A DNA stretch of 64,000 bases, from assembly GCA_002412065.1 (NCBI GenBank), contig GG730040.1, positions 2,311 to 66,310 on the forward strand. Direction: 5' to 3'. Position 1 is the stretch's first letter. Every line of letters starts with the position of its first letter. The notes beneath the pieces are model-generated. The model was not told the DNA's origin and made no database searches. It saw only the letters and a list, made by a program, of their open reading frames with translations. Source of the stretch: Candidatus Parvarchaeum acidiphilum ARMAN-4 (GTDB lineage Archaea; Nanobdellota; Nanobdellia; Parvarchaeales; Parvarchaeaceae). The position numbers and the translations under genes are program-made. Shown here piece after piece: positions 9,530-19,043 of this stretch.

Positions 9530-12500
9530 ATGACTTATATAAAACAGGTAGAACTTGATAACTTTAAGTCCTTTGCAGGACATATAAAGTTTGATTTTGT
9601 AAACGGGTTCAACGCAATAGCTGGTGCAAATGGTTCAGGTAAAAGTAACTTAATTGATGCGCTTCTTTTTGTATTTGGAGGTTCCTCAAAAAAGGAGATG
9701 AGATCAGATATTCTTACAGATCTTATATTCAATGGAGGAAAAAATGGTAGGCAGGCAGAGCACGCCAAAGTCAATGTCATACTAGACAATTCAAAAAAAG
9801 AATTTCACGGAATTGAAGAAAATGAAGTTTCAATAAGCAGAAAGGTCGATAAAAACGGAAAAAGTGTTTACAGGGTAAATGGAAAGGCTTCTACCAGGGA
9901 AGAAGTCTTAAATGTATTATCTTTAGTAAAATTCAGGCAAGATGGATTTAACATAATCCCACAGGGAAGGATATTAGAAGTAGTTGGAACTTCTAATGAG
10001 GATAGGTTGAATCTTATAAATGATCTTTCCGGTATCAGTGTATTTGAAGATAAAAAAAGCAAAGCCATGAACGAAATGAGAAAAGTAGAGAGCAATATAT
10101 CAAAAATTGATACTGTTCTAAATGAAAAACGCAAATTAATGGCCCAACTAGAAAAAGACAAAACAAGAGCCATAGAATTTCAGCAGCTTAAAGAGAGGTA
10201 TTCGGCCCTACTTTCTAAGCAGTCAATGATAAAGAGAGATCTTGCATTTTCAGAGTTACAGTCTATACTTGAGCAACTCAAAGAAGCAGAGAAAGGAAAT
10301 GAAACACTAGCATCAGAAATTGAAAAGTTAAATGATCGTGTGAAAAAGATAAATGAAGAAATAAATGTTATAAACACAAAGGCCGAGGCAGAAGGAGAAA
10401 AAGAAATCCTTGATGCGGAAAACAAAGCAAAAGAATTTGATTCTGAGCTAGCCAGATTGAATGCGGTTCTTAAAAATGATAATGACCAATTGAATAATAT
10501 TATTACATCAATCGATGAATTATCAAAATCCCAAGAAGAGATTAAACAGCAGATAAAAACTGAAGAAAGCGAGAAAAAGAATCTAGAAGAAAAAATAGAT
10601 GCATTAAATTCAAAAAAGCTTCTCCTCATAGAAAGTGAATCGAAAACTCAGAATTATGTTAAAAATAGGAAGTATTAGAGAAGAAAATTTATGATATAGA
10701 TAAAAAAATATACGAGCAGAAAATTGCTCTGGCTAATTATCCAAAAATTGCAGAGATACAGGAGGCACTTACATCTTTTGATTCAAATAAAAATGAAATT
10801 GAGAAAACAATAAAGGAAATGACCTTATCATTTTCGGAGTTAAAGCCAGAAATTGACAAATTAAAAGCACAGGTAAAACGGGAAGCAGATGCAATATACC
10901 TACTCAGAGAGAATCTTTTTAATCAGAGGAATTCTTTGTCGTATCAGAACAAAGTAATTGAGATAGTTAATAGACTCAAAAAGGAAATAAATGGTATCTA
11001 TGGAACAGTCTCAGAGCTTTTCTCACTAAAAAATGAAGAGTACTCTATTCCAGTATTGAGATCAATAGGCAGGCGGTCAGAATTCATAGTTGTAGAAAAT
11101 GAAGAGGTAGCAAGGCAGTGTATAGATAAATTAAAATAAGACAAGCTGGGCTTTTACACATTTATACCTATAACTACAGTGAGAAGTAGTTATAACTTCA
11201 ATAAAATAGATGATACAAGAGTAATTGATTACATTATAAATCTTGTAAATTTCGAGCAAAATTTGCTTCGAGTAATGCAGTTTGTTTTTGGTGATACTAT
11301 ACTTGTAAGAGATTTTGATGCAGCAAAAGAACTTATAAGCAAATATAGGATGGTTTTACAGGACGGAACCGTGTTTGAGAGAACTGGGACTGTATCAGGA
11401 GGCCATTTCGATATACCAAATATCCTAAATGTTAATAAAAAGATAGCTGAGATAACTGCTGAGTTAGACACGCATTCAAAGCTAAAAGAAAAATACGATG
11501 AAGAAGTTATTGAGAAAGAATCAACTTTGAATTCTTTAATGACAGAAATTAAGGTAAGACAGAAAACTCTAGATGAAACAAAAATAAAAATTAATCAGCT
11601 TTTGAAAGAAAAATCAAAATTCACAGGCACAGAATCAGAAATTTCTGACAGCATAAGGGCTCTTGAAGGAGAAAAGACAAATTTAAGTTCAAAATTAGAA
11701 GAGCTTGAAAAAGACAAGCCAGAAAAAATAATAGACCACAAAAAAGAAATAGAAGCTTTGGATAGAGAAGTTAATGAGCTTCAGGTAAAGGTTGCTACTT
11801 CTGGCAACAAACTTTCTGCTGTTTTAATGTCAGAAATAAACAATCTTGAAAAAAGATTTTCGCAGCTTAATAAAGAAAGAGATAAATTTGAAAATGAAAT
11901 TGAAGAGGTACAAAATGCAATAAAAGATACTCAGGAAAACTATGATAAGGCTAGAAAAGAGCTTTCAGCTAGGTCAAATAATCTAAGCATGTTAAGAAAG
12001 AGGAGAAATGAGCTTTCAATTGAACTTGGAACGCTTCAAAAACAACATGACGATATATATAATCGCTCACAGAAGATAGTTTCAGATTTAAATGCTTTAA
12101 AGGTAAAAGAGGCCGGTTCAAAGGTTAAATTTGAAACCGCGGAAGAAGAATATAATAAGTATAAGGTTGATGGGGTAAAAATTGAGGAAGGAGAAACAAT
12201 TGAAAAAATAACAAAAGAGCTAAATCAATTAAACTCAAAGATAAATTCCTTTGGTCCTATAAATGAACTTGCGCTGAAAACATTTATGGAAACTCAGCAG
12301 CAATATGAGGAATTTAACGTAAAGCTAGAGAAATTAAATGAGGAAAAAGGAAGGATACTTGCAGTAATATCCGAGATAGAGCAGAAAAAATTAGAATCTT
12401 TTATGAAAACTTTATCGGATATAAACTCCATTTTTACAAAGGTTTTCAATTCAATTACAAAAGGAAAAGCAGAGCTTGTGCCAGAAGATCCTAATAATGT

Positions 12501-12855
12501 GTTTTCATCAGGTTTGGATATTGCGGTTGAGCTTCCAAATAAACGTGTAAGAAATATAAGAGGGTTAAGCGGAGGAGAACTTTCAGTGCTTGCTATATCT
12601 TTGATAATGGCATTGTCAAAATACACAGACGCAGTTTTCTATGTTCTAGATGAGGTGGATGCAGCTTTGGATGCTATCAATGCAGGAAATTTCTCTGCAC
12701 TTGTCAAGGCATATTCTGATTCATCACAGTTTATAATAATCTCTCACAATGAAACGACTCTTATAAATGCAGATGTAATATACGGTGTAACGATGAATGA
12801 CCAAGGGATAAGTAGGGTTGTACGTGTAAAAATGCCAGAGCAGAGCAATCAATAG
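9530..12855 (+). pseudogene. smc: SMC chromosome segregation ATPase disrupted into three ORFs (9530..10678, 10669/10819..11139, 11140/11179..12855) by a frameshift near 10660-10680 and an in-frame TAA at 11137-11139. May be an assembly error rather than a true pseudogene
   Basis: N-terminal head with Walker A GANGSGKSN. A hinge fragment ends ...ARQCIDKLK, then a TAA, then DKLGFYTFIPITT, which is the GRATFLPL-like hinge motif in the same frame. The C-terminal head has the signature LSGGELSVLAISLIMAL and Walker B FYVLDEVDAALD. The frame-1 reading is open from 10669 once the frame is shifted at the A5 run 10661-10665. Confidence 0.85.
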
Positions 12856-13658
12856 GCTATACTGCTTAGAACATCAGATATCTCAGTTAGTGTAAGTTCT
12901 TTAACTTGTTTATTTCCAATAGATTTAATCTTTTCTGGCAAATCTTGAAATACCTGTTTGCTTTCTTTTTTTGTTTTGGAATTAAGTGAGATAACCGCAT
13001 TCATAAATGCGTTTTTTAATAGCATCTCCCTTCTTCTGAATATCTCTTGGAATATGTCATTTTTTTTCTTTGTGATTTTTATCATCCTACTTGTTACTCT
13101 AGGGACAGGATAAAATGATTCTTTTTTTACTTCTGTTATTTCTTCAAATTTGAAAAATATTTTTTCTATAGAAGAGAATTTTGTTTCATTTTTATCTGAC
13201 AAAAGCTGTTTTGATATTGTATTTGGTATTATCATTACCCCCGAATAAAAATCATAGGAAGATAGTTTGTCAATTATCCTATCAGTAATATTATACGGCG
13301 GATTAGATATTATTTTATTAAATTTAGGGTATATCATCTCTAAAGCATCTGCATTTATAATCTGGACATTTGGATCTATTTCATATTTGTCGATTAAATA
13401 TGAGTAACATTTTATTTCCTTTTCAATTGCAATTATATGGCATTTTTTGCTAACTACGCTTTCTATGCTTCCGAATCCAGCTCCGATATCTAATACAATA
13501 TCAGATGGTTCTAATTTAGCATTTTCTATTTCTTCAGCAAGCACATCTTCATCCACTAAGAAATTCTGCCCGTTTTCATTGTCACTTTTTATTTTATCAT
13601 CTTCAACTAATCTTATTATTAAATCCTTCAATTGTCCCATATCACTTTGAATGACCAC
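12849..13658 (-). CDS. rsmA: 16S rRNA (adenine1518/1519-N6)-dimethyltransferase KsgA/Dim1
   Basis: GQNFLVDEDV, LDIGAGFGSIE (SAM-binding site) and ISNPPYNIT motifs. Confidence 0.9.
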   Translation of the reverse strand: MVIQSDMGQLKDLIIRLVEDDKIKSDNENGQNFLVDEDVLAEEIENAKLEPSDIVLDIGAGFGSIESVVSKKCHIIAIEKEIKCYSYLIDKYEIDPNVQIINADALEMIYPKFNKIISNPPYNITDRIIDKLSSYDFYSGVMIIPNTISKQLLSDKNETKFSSIEKIFFKFEEITEVKKESFYPVPRVTSRMIKITKKKNDIFQEIFRRREMLLKNAFMNAVISLNSKTKKESKQVFQDLPEKIKSIGNKQVKELTLTEISDVLSSIAY

Positions 13659-13920
13659 GGGGAGGTTTCAATCTTTCTACTAAATACTCTTGTCCACAAG
13701 ATTTACAATTAAACACATATTTCTCTTTATTTTTGCCATTTTCTCTGACTTTTTCAATTTTTAATTCTGATTCAAAATCGTTATCTTTTTTGCATTTCGG
13801 GCATTTAAACACATAATGAAAATTAGTTTCCCCGGTTTCTCTGTATATCATTAGTTTCTCACTTTTGTCGTCAAAACTAATAAACGATTTTTTTATAAAA
13901 TTAATTTTGTTTATGTCCAT
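13642..13920 (-). CDS. small zinc-ribbon protein (two CxxC pairs)
   Basis: CPKC...CKSC in a 92-aa basic protein. Confidence 0.5.
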   Translation of the reverse strand: MDINKINFIKKSFISFDDKSEKLMIYRETGETNFHYVFKCPKCKKDNDFESELKIEKVRENGKNKEKYVFNCKSCGQEYLVERLKPPRGHSK

Positions 13921-13954
13921 ACAAGAAAACGTTTTTTTTATTTTATATATCTTT

Positions 13955-14608
13955 TTATTCTATTTTTATACGATTTAATTCTCCGCTTTCTTTTATCCAG
14001 ATAGACCAGCAAAGTTCAGTCTGGCTAATACCATATCTTTTACTTATTTTCATCCCTTCACTTATGCATTCATAAGGGTTTTTTAGAGGTTTAAAATTTC
14101 TGGTTATCCAATTCATTATAACTTTATCTGGCATTATAGTGTCTACTCCACTCTGTATACGGAGGTATTGGAAAGTGCTTAATCCTACTCCTTTTATTCT
14201 TCCGATTTCATCTTCTTTAAATTTAAATGGATCAGCATTTTTGGCCCATTCCTTTAAAGCTTCTATCTCGCTTTTTTTAGGGTCTTTTTTAGATATAACC
14301 TTACATATTTCTTTCATTGCAGCCCATACCCTCTTGTTTTTGAATAATGTGAGCAGCTCATTTTTGTTTATTTTGCTAAAATCAGAGCAGTTTAAAACTT
14401 TCCCACTTTTTATATATTTTTCACGAAAATAATTTACTTTTGGTAGAACTACAGTGAAATAGTTTAATCCAGTGCTGTCTAGGCAGGAATCTAATATAAT
14501 CAAAACGGCATTTCCACCCCACCGTTTACCTTTTTTGCATAGCTTAGCAAATCTTTCAGCTTCGGTTTTTATTTCACTTCCGAAAAGCTTTAATTCATTA
14601 TCTTTCAT
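13955..14608 (-). CDS. HhH-GPD superfamily DNA glycosylase-like protein (AGOG/Ogg/MagIII-like)
   Basis: IGRIKGVGLSTFQYLRIQSGVDTIMPDKVIMNWI fits a helix-hairpin-helix followed by a Gly/Asp loop with a candidate catalytic Asp. Confidence 0.45.
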   Translation of the reverse strand: MKDNELKLFGSEIKTEAERFAKLCKKGKRWGGNAVLIILDSCLDSTGLNYFTVVLPKVNYFREKYIKSGKVLNCSDFSKINKNELLTLFKNKRVWAAMKEICKVISKKDPKKSEIEALKEWAKNADPFKFKEDEIGRIKGVGLSTFQYLRIQSGVDTIMPDKVIMNWITRNFKPLKNPYECISEGMKISKRYGISQTELCWSIWIKESGELNRIKIE

Positions 14609-14654
14609 TATTAAACAATAAATGTAGCTTATATTTATTATATTTAGTTTTTAC

Positions 14655-14690
14655 TACGTGTAAAAATATATATAAAGGTAAAAAGCATAA
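14655..14690 (+). promoter_or_regulatory. TATA-box-like element upstream of the rpl2-rps19-rpl22-rps3-rpl29 operon
   Basis: aaaatatatataaagg lies ~30 nt upstream of the rpl2 ATG in an AT-rich 100-nt spacer. Confidence 0.3.
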
Positions 14691-14711
14691 GTAGAGTATT
14701 ATTTCAATAAT

Positions 14712-15413
14712 ATGAAAGTACCAAGGTCAAGAAGAAGGGGAAAGAGCAGAGTTTTCAGAGTCAACGATTTCAAAGCCATCGGCAAGGTAAAACTCCCAAA
14801 CTCAAGTGAGCCTATGAATGCAAGAGTAATAAAACTTATTCATGATCCTTACAGAACAGCTCCGCTTATGCAGTTAAAATTTGAGAATGGTTCTACATCC
14901 TTTTTGCCCGCATTTGTTGGGGCGTATGAAGGAATGATAATAACTTATATGAAAGGTGACAGTATAAAAGAGGGCTCGGTTTTAAGGCTTGGAGATATGC
15001 CAACCGGTACAAACGTATACAATGTTGAGTTAAAAGCTGGCGATGGCGGTAAATTAATAAGATCTGGTGGTAACAGCGCAAGGATAATGGAAAATAATGG
15101 CAATGAAGTTGCACTTTCGCTTTCAAGCGGCAAGATTCTTAGATTAAAGCAAGACTGCAGAGCAGTTGTTGGTAAAATAGCTAATGCAGGCAGAAAAGAA
15201 AAACCATTTTATAAGGCTGGAAATAAGTATCACCTCATAAAAGCCAGAAGCAAATATTGGCCTATGAATGCGGCAGTTGCAATGAATGCTTATGAACATA
15301 AGTTTGGAGGTAAAAGAAGAAGTACTCAGCACAAGTCTAAGAGCTCTGCAAGGAACTCACCTCCAGGTGCAAAAGTAGGAGCTATCGCCCCTAAGAGGAC
15401 AGGTGTTAGGTAA
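14712..15413 (+). CDS. rpl2: ribosomal protein uL2
   Basis: C-terminal YWPMNAAVAMNAYEHKFGG corresponds to the conserved MNPVDHPHGGG region. Basic N-terminus and the expected position upstream of S19. Confidence 0.9.
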   Translation: MKVPRSRRRGKSRVFRVNDFKAIGKVKLPNSSEPMNARVIKLIHDPYRTAPLMQLKFENGSTSFLPAFVGAYEGMIITYMKGDSIKEGSVLRLGDMPTGTNVYNVELKAGDGGKLIRSGGNSARIMENNGNEVALSLSSGKILRLKQDCRAVVGKIANAGRKEKPFYKAGNKYHLIKARSKYWPMNAAVAMNAYEHKFGGKRRSTQHKSKSSARNSPPGAKVGAIAPKRTGVR

Positions 15414-15799
15414 TGGAAGAGTATAAATTCAGAGGCAAAAGCATAGATGATCTCAAAAAGATGTCAATTCAGGAGCTTATGGTAATAGCGAATGCAGATT
15501 TTAGGAGGGCTTTTAAAAGGGGCTTATCACCTGAAGAAAAGGCATTTTTAAAAAATATGGATAAAAAGTCTGCAAAGTCTAAGAACATAAGAACACATAT
15601 GAGAGAAATGTTTATACTTCCAAGTTTAGTTGGATTGACAATACATGTATACAACGGAAAAGAATTCATACCTATCGAGATAAAACCTTCAATGGTGTTT
15701 CATCGTCTTGGAGAATTTGCATTAAGTACAAAACAGGTTAAACATGGTTCTCCAGGTATGAAAGCTACACGTTCAAGCGGTTTTGTGCCAATTAAGTAA
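15413..15799 (+). CDS. rps19: ribosomal protein uS19
   Basis: FRGKSIDDLKKMS...HVYNGKEFIPIEIKPSMVFHRLGEFALSTK is the S19 signature. Confidence 0.9.
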   Translation: MEEYKFRGKSIDDLKKMSIQELMVIANADFRRAFKRGLSPEEKAFLKNMDKKSAKSKNIRTHMREMFILPSLVGLTIHVYNGKEFIPIEIKPSMVFHRLGEFALSTKQVKHGSPGMKATRSSGFVPIK

Positions 15800-15801
15800 A
15801 T

Positions 15802-16383
15802 ATGATAACGAAATTACAAGTGAAAAGAGAAGGGATGCCGATATCCGTTAAGCATACTCATGAAATAATTGAGGCTGTTAAAGGTAAGGAAATCTCAAAA
15901 GCCACTACTTTTCTAAAAAAAGTACTTCTTAAGGAAGAATATGTCCCATTTAGAAAATACCCTAGTAAAGGACATAAGCATGGTGTACCAGCAGGTTATC
16001 CTCAAAAGGCGACAAAGCAGGTAATCTCAATGCTTCAAGAACTCAAAGCGAATGCAAAGAATATGGGTTTTGATGATTCAAAGATAGTTATAAGCAGTTA
16101 TGCATTAGGAAGAGGAGGTTATCCTAGGTTCTCAAGCGGTACAGTTTATAGACACGGTAAAAGAACTAATCTTACTATCTATTCAATGATTGATCAAGAG
16201 CGAAAGATGCCTCAAAAGAAGGCTGCTGTTGAAAAGAAAACAGAAGAGGATGTTGAGAAGAAAGAAACTAGCACCGAAGTAAAAAATGATAATCCAGAAA
16301 AAATTGAAGAAAAAACAGATAAAGTTGAAGAACAGCAAACTAATAAAAGCGTAGAAAGTAATGATTTGAAGGCGGAGAAATAA
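15802..16383 (+). CDS. rpl22: ribosomal protein uL22 with Lys/Glu-rich C-terminal extension
   Basis: ISVKHTHEIIEAVKGKEISKATTFLKKV...ISSYALGRGG. Position between S19 and S3. Confidence 0.85.
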   Translation: MITKLQVKREGMPISVKHTHEIIEAVKGKEISKATTFLKKVLLKEEYVPFRKYPSKGHKHGVPAGYPQKATKQVISMLQELKANAKNMGFDDSKIVISSYALGRGGYPRFSSGTVYRHGKRTNLTIYSMIDQERKMPQKKAAVEKKTEEDVEKKETSTEVKNDNPEKIEEKTDKVEEQQTNKSVESNDLKAEK

Positions 16384-16384
16384 A

Positions 16385-17056
16385 ATGTTACCGAAAAAAA
16401 TAGTTGCAAATAGAGTTAATGATGAAACAGCTAGGGAATATCTTTTCAAGAAATTTAGCAGGTTTGGAATAAGCGATATAAGAATAGAAAAGACTCCGTT
16501 AGGTATGAAAATTGTTATAAAGACTCCAAAGCCAGGTGCAATAATTACAAGAGCTAATCAAATACTAAGAGAAAGTTCAAAAGAGCTTGGTGAGTATTTC
16601 AATCAAGAATCTCCAAGAATAGAAGTAGAAGGCTCGCAGGATCCTAATCTGGATCCAGCAATAGTTGCAGATTCAATAGCTTTTAAGATAGCTAAATACG
16701 GCCCAATGAAGTACAAAGTGGTTGCTCACAAAGCAATGGACAGTATAATGTCTGCTGGTGCTAGAGGCGTAGAAATAGAGATAGGTGGAGTAATCAAAGA
16801 AAGAGCTGCGCATTTTAAGTTTAGGCCTACTGGAAGTGTTATGCCGAAAACAGGCCAAGTAGAATTTTTCGGCGTCAGAAGCGCTAAAAAGCAATTAGTA
16901 CTTAAAAGAGGATCAATAGGGATAAAAGTTACAATAGTTGTGCCAACTGAAAACATAGGAGGAGTAAAAATAAATGATGGAAGAAAATCTGAAGGACTTG
17001 GAAATGGAACTTCTGAAAATGAACATAAAGAAGACGCAGGGGCTCCAGCCAGCTGA
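16385..17056 (+). CDS. rps3: ribosomal protein uS3
   Basis: KH-domain region FSRFGISDIRIEKTPLGMKIVIKTPKPGAIITRANQ. Operon position. Confidence 0.9.
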   Translation: MLPKKIVANRVNDETAREYLFKKFSRFGISDIRIEKTPLGMKIVIKTPKPGAIITRANQILRESSKELGEYFNQESPRIEVEGSQDPNLDPAIVADSIAFKIAKYGPMKYKVVAHKAMDSIMSAGARGVEIEIGGVIKERAAHFKFRPTGSVMPKTGQVEFFGVRSAKKQLVLKRGSIGIKVTIVVPTENIGGVKINDGRKSEGLGNGTSENEHKEDAGAPAS

Positions 17057-17150
17057 TGCTGGTAAGTACAGGCATTTAAAGAAGAAGGTAGCTCAGCTGA
17101 AGAATGAGCTTAGACAGAAAGAGCTTTTAAGCTCTAAGTCAAGTAAATAG
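16974..17150 (+). CDS. rpl29: ribosomal protein uL29 (58 aa), overlapping the 3' end of rps3 by ~83 nt in another frame
   Basis: MMEENLKDLEMELLKMNIKKTQGLQPADAGKYRHLKKKVAQLKNELRQKELLSSKSSK is a coiled-coil with the KxxKKxIARxxT-like L29 core, in the canonical position after S3. It is missing from the ORF track only because it is under 60 aa. Confidence 0.55.
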   Translation: MMEENLKDLEMELLKMNIKKTQGLQPADAGKYRHLKKKVAQLKNELRQKELLSSKSSK

Positions 17151-17160
17151 TTTTTTATAT
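17151..17160 (+). terminator. oligo-T tract immediately after rpl29 stop (archaeal-type terminator candidate)
   Basis: A TTTTTT run begins one nucleotide after the TAG. Confidence 0.3.
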
Positions 17161-17299
17161 AGTTCCTGCAAAAGCGATGTATCTGTATAATAAGATTATA
17201 GACTTTCTGCAATAGATGGCAAATCAAGTAAATATCTTTTATTTATTTAAAAAAGGCTTTATGTTAGTAAAAAGCTTCTATTCTTATACTAAAAGATAA

Positions 17300-18166
17300 T
17301 TACCCATTTATCAAATCAAATAAAGTATCTAACTGTGCCCTTTTTGCTTCAATCTGTGCCTTCATTTTCTTATATTCATCTTCACTTATTTTACCAGAAA
17401 CAAAATTTCTTTCTAAGTCTGCAGATTCCTTCTCTATCTCTCTTAATTTGGTGTTTAGTTTGGTTGATCCTTGCGGCCCCATCGAAAGACTATTTGACAC
17501 ATTGTTTGCCAATTGTCGTTTATCTAATTTATTTCCATATTTTCTTGACAGTTCACTATACATTTCTGTCATATCTCCTTCCAATTTAGAATATGAGTCT
17601 TTATCCTTGAATTTACAGTCTCCTGCAAGAACTACTCTAACATTTGCGGATTCTTCTGTTGGGTCATAAACACCTATTATTTTTGCCCACAGGAATATTG
17701 GAACAATCTTTTTTATTTCAAAAAACAACAAAGCAAGCACAAAAAACGCTATCATTCCGTAAAGTACTAACGCAGATGACGAATAGCTAAAGTGCGTTAT
17801 ATTAGTGTAGATATTTGTTCTGTATGAGACTAAAAGTAATGCTAAAAGGATTACGCCGATTATAAGGCATGCTTTCCAGGCAATTGGGTATTTTGAGCCT
17901 TTTTTATTATCTTTCGCGCTTTTCAATAGTGCCCTTATAGGTTTTGCGTTTCCTCCGCGAAAGGTTTCTTCTAATTCATTATCTTGGAATTTTGCAAGTT
18001 CATTTAGTAATATCTTATAATCCATATCTGTCATGTATTCAGATACTTGGTTTCTTAATACTTGTGGATCATCACTTTTAATGTAAAGATCATAGAACAC
18101 ATGTCTTTTCTCTAATTCTTGAGTATCAAATTCTTTTTCGTAGTTCTTTATGCTGAAGCCAATCAT
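17300..18166 (-). CDS. membrane protein with C-terminal SHOCT-like motif
   Basis: Two central TM helices. The C-terminal SGKISEDEYKKMKAQIEAKRAQL resembles the SHOCT short C-terminal domain. Confidence 0.5.
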   Translation of the reverse strand: MIGFSIKNYEKEFDTQELEKRHVFYDLYIKSDDPQVLRNQVSEYMTDMDYKILLNELAKFQDNELEETFRGGNAKPIRALLKSAKDNKKGSKYPIAWKACLIIGVILLALLLVSYRTNIYTNITHFSYSSSALVLYGMIAFFVLALLFFEIKKIVPIFLWAKIIGVYDPTEESANVRVVLAGDCKFKDKDSYSKLEGDMTEMYSELSRKYGNKLDKRQLANNVSNSLSMGPQGSTKLNTKLREIEKESADLERNFVSGKISEDEYKKMKAQIEAKRAQLDTLFDLING

Positions 18167-18266
18167 AAAAATATATGATTTCGTTTAAATAAATAAGTAT
18201 TATTTGCATTATAACGTTTGATTATAGCACTAAAACCATTTATTTAAAAAAATACTAACTAATCAA

Positions 18267-18743
18267 ATGGATTTAGGATCTATTGGGTTTTTGGTAATAT
18301 CTGCGCTGCTTATATCTACAGCTATACTTATGGTATCCACTAAAAACCTTATACACTCTCTTTTATACATGTTCATGTTTGTAATCTCTGTAACTGCAAT
18401 GATTCTTTATTTAAATGCAGTCTTTTTAGGTATAGCAGAGCTTATAATATATAATGGAGGAATAGTACTTTTGTTAGCCATTGGCATAAGCTCAATGCCA
18501 GAGGGCACTGTAACAAGGCTAAATTCCAAGCTCTCGTTTGCTCTTCCAGTAATAGTTCTTGCAGTAACATCGTTTCTACTTTTGAAAATGCCTTCTAGTT
18601 CATATTCTTCTAGTTTAAATTACACAAATTTCGGAACATACTTCTTCCAAAATTACGCAGGCTTGCTTCTAGTTCTTGCTTTTACCGCAATAGCGAGTAT
18701 ATTCTCAACAATATATATTATAAGTAAAGGTGAAAAAGTATGA
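18267..18743 (+). CDS. nuoJ: NADH-quinone oxidoreductase (complex I-like) subunit J
   Basis: 158-aa, 5-TM protein with the GIAELIIYNGGIVLL motif. First gene of the J-K-L-M-N order. Confidence 0.7.
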   Translation: MDLGSIGFLVISALLISTAILMVSTKNLIHSLLYMFMFVISVTAMILYLNAVFLGIAELIIYNGGIVLLLAIGISSMPEGTVTRLNSKLSFALPVIVLAVTSFLLLKMPSSSYSSSLNYTNFGTYFFQNYAGLLLVLAFTAIASIFSTIYIISKGEKV

Positions 18744-19042
18744 TACCCGAAGAATATTTCCTGCTGCTTACAAGTATACTTTTTGTTATTGGGATTTACG
18801 GTATATTATCAAGGAGAGAAGGGATATCCATTATCATCTCTTCAGAAATTATAGTTAATGCGGCGATAATAAACTTTGTATCTGCTGCTAATTTTTATTC
18901 AGCATTGAATGGAATAAGCTACGCGTTGATAACTCTAATAATGATAGTATTTGAAACAGTCGTTTTTATCGCTTTAATGGTGATCTTCTCAAGAAAGACA
19001 GGTTCTCTTTCAATATCCAAGTTAGGGAGGTATAAAGGTTAA
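18740..19042 (+). CDS. nuoK: complex I-like subunit K
   Basis: 100-aa 3-TM protein (LFVIGIYGILSRRE...), ND4L-like. Confidence 0.75.
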   Translation: MIPEEYFLLLTSILFVIGIYGILSRREGISIIISSEIIVNAAIINFVSAANFYSALNGISYALITLIMIVFETVVFIALMVIFSRKTGSLSISKLGRYKG

Positions 19043-19043
19043 T

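Noticed and set aside
9868-10629. Minus-strand ORFs inside the SMC region
   Set aside because: Antisense shadows of the Lys/Glu-rich coiled-coil coding sequence.
11137-11139. TAA reassigned to a sense codon (alternative genetic code)
   Set aside because: Many conserved genes terminate at the expected position on TAA, TAG and TGA (atpF on TAA, cdc48 on TGA, the first SMC fragment on TAG). There is no genome-wide read-through pattern.
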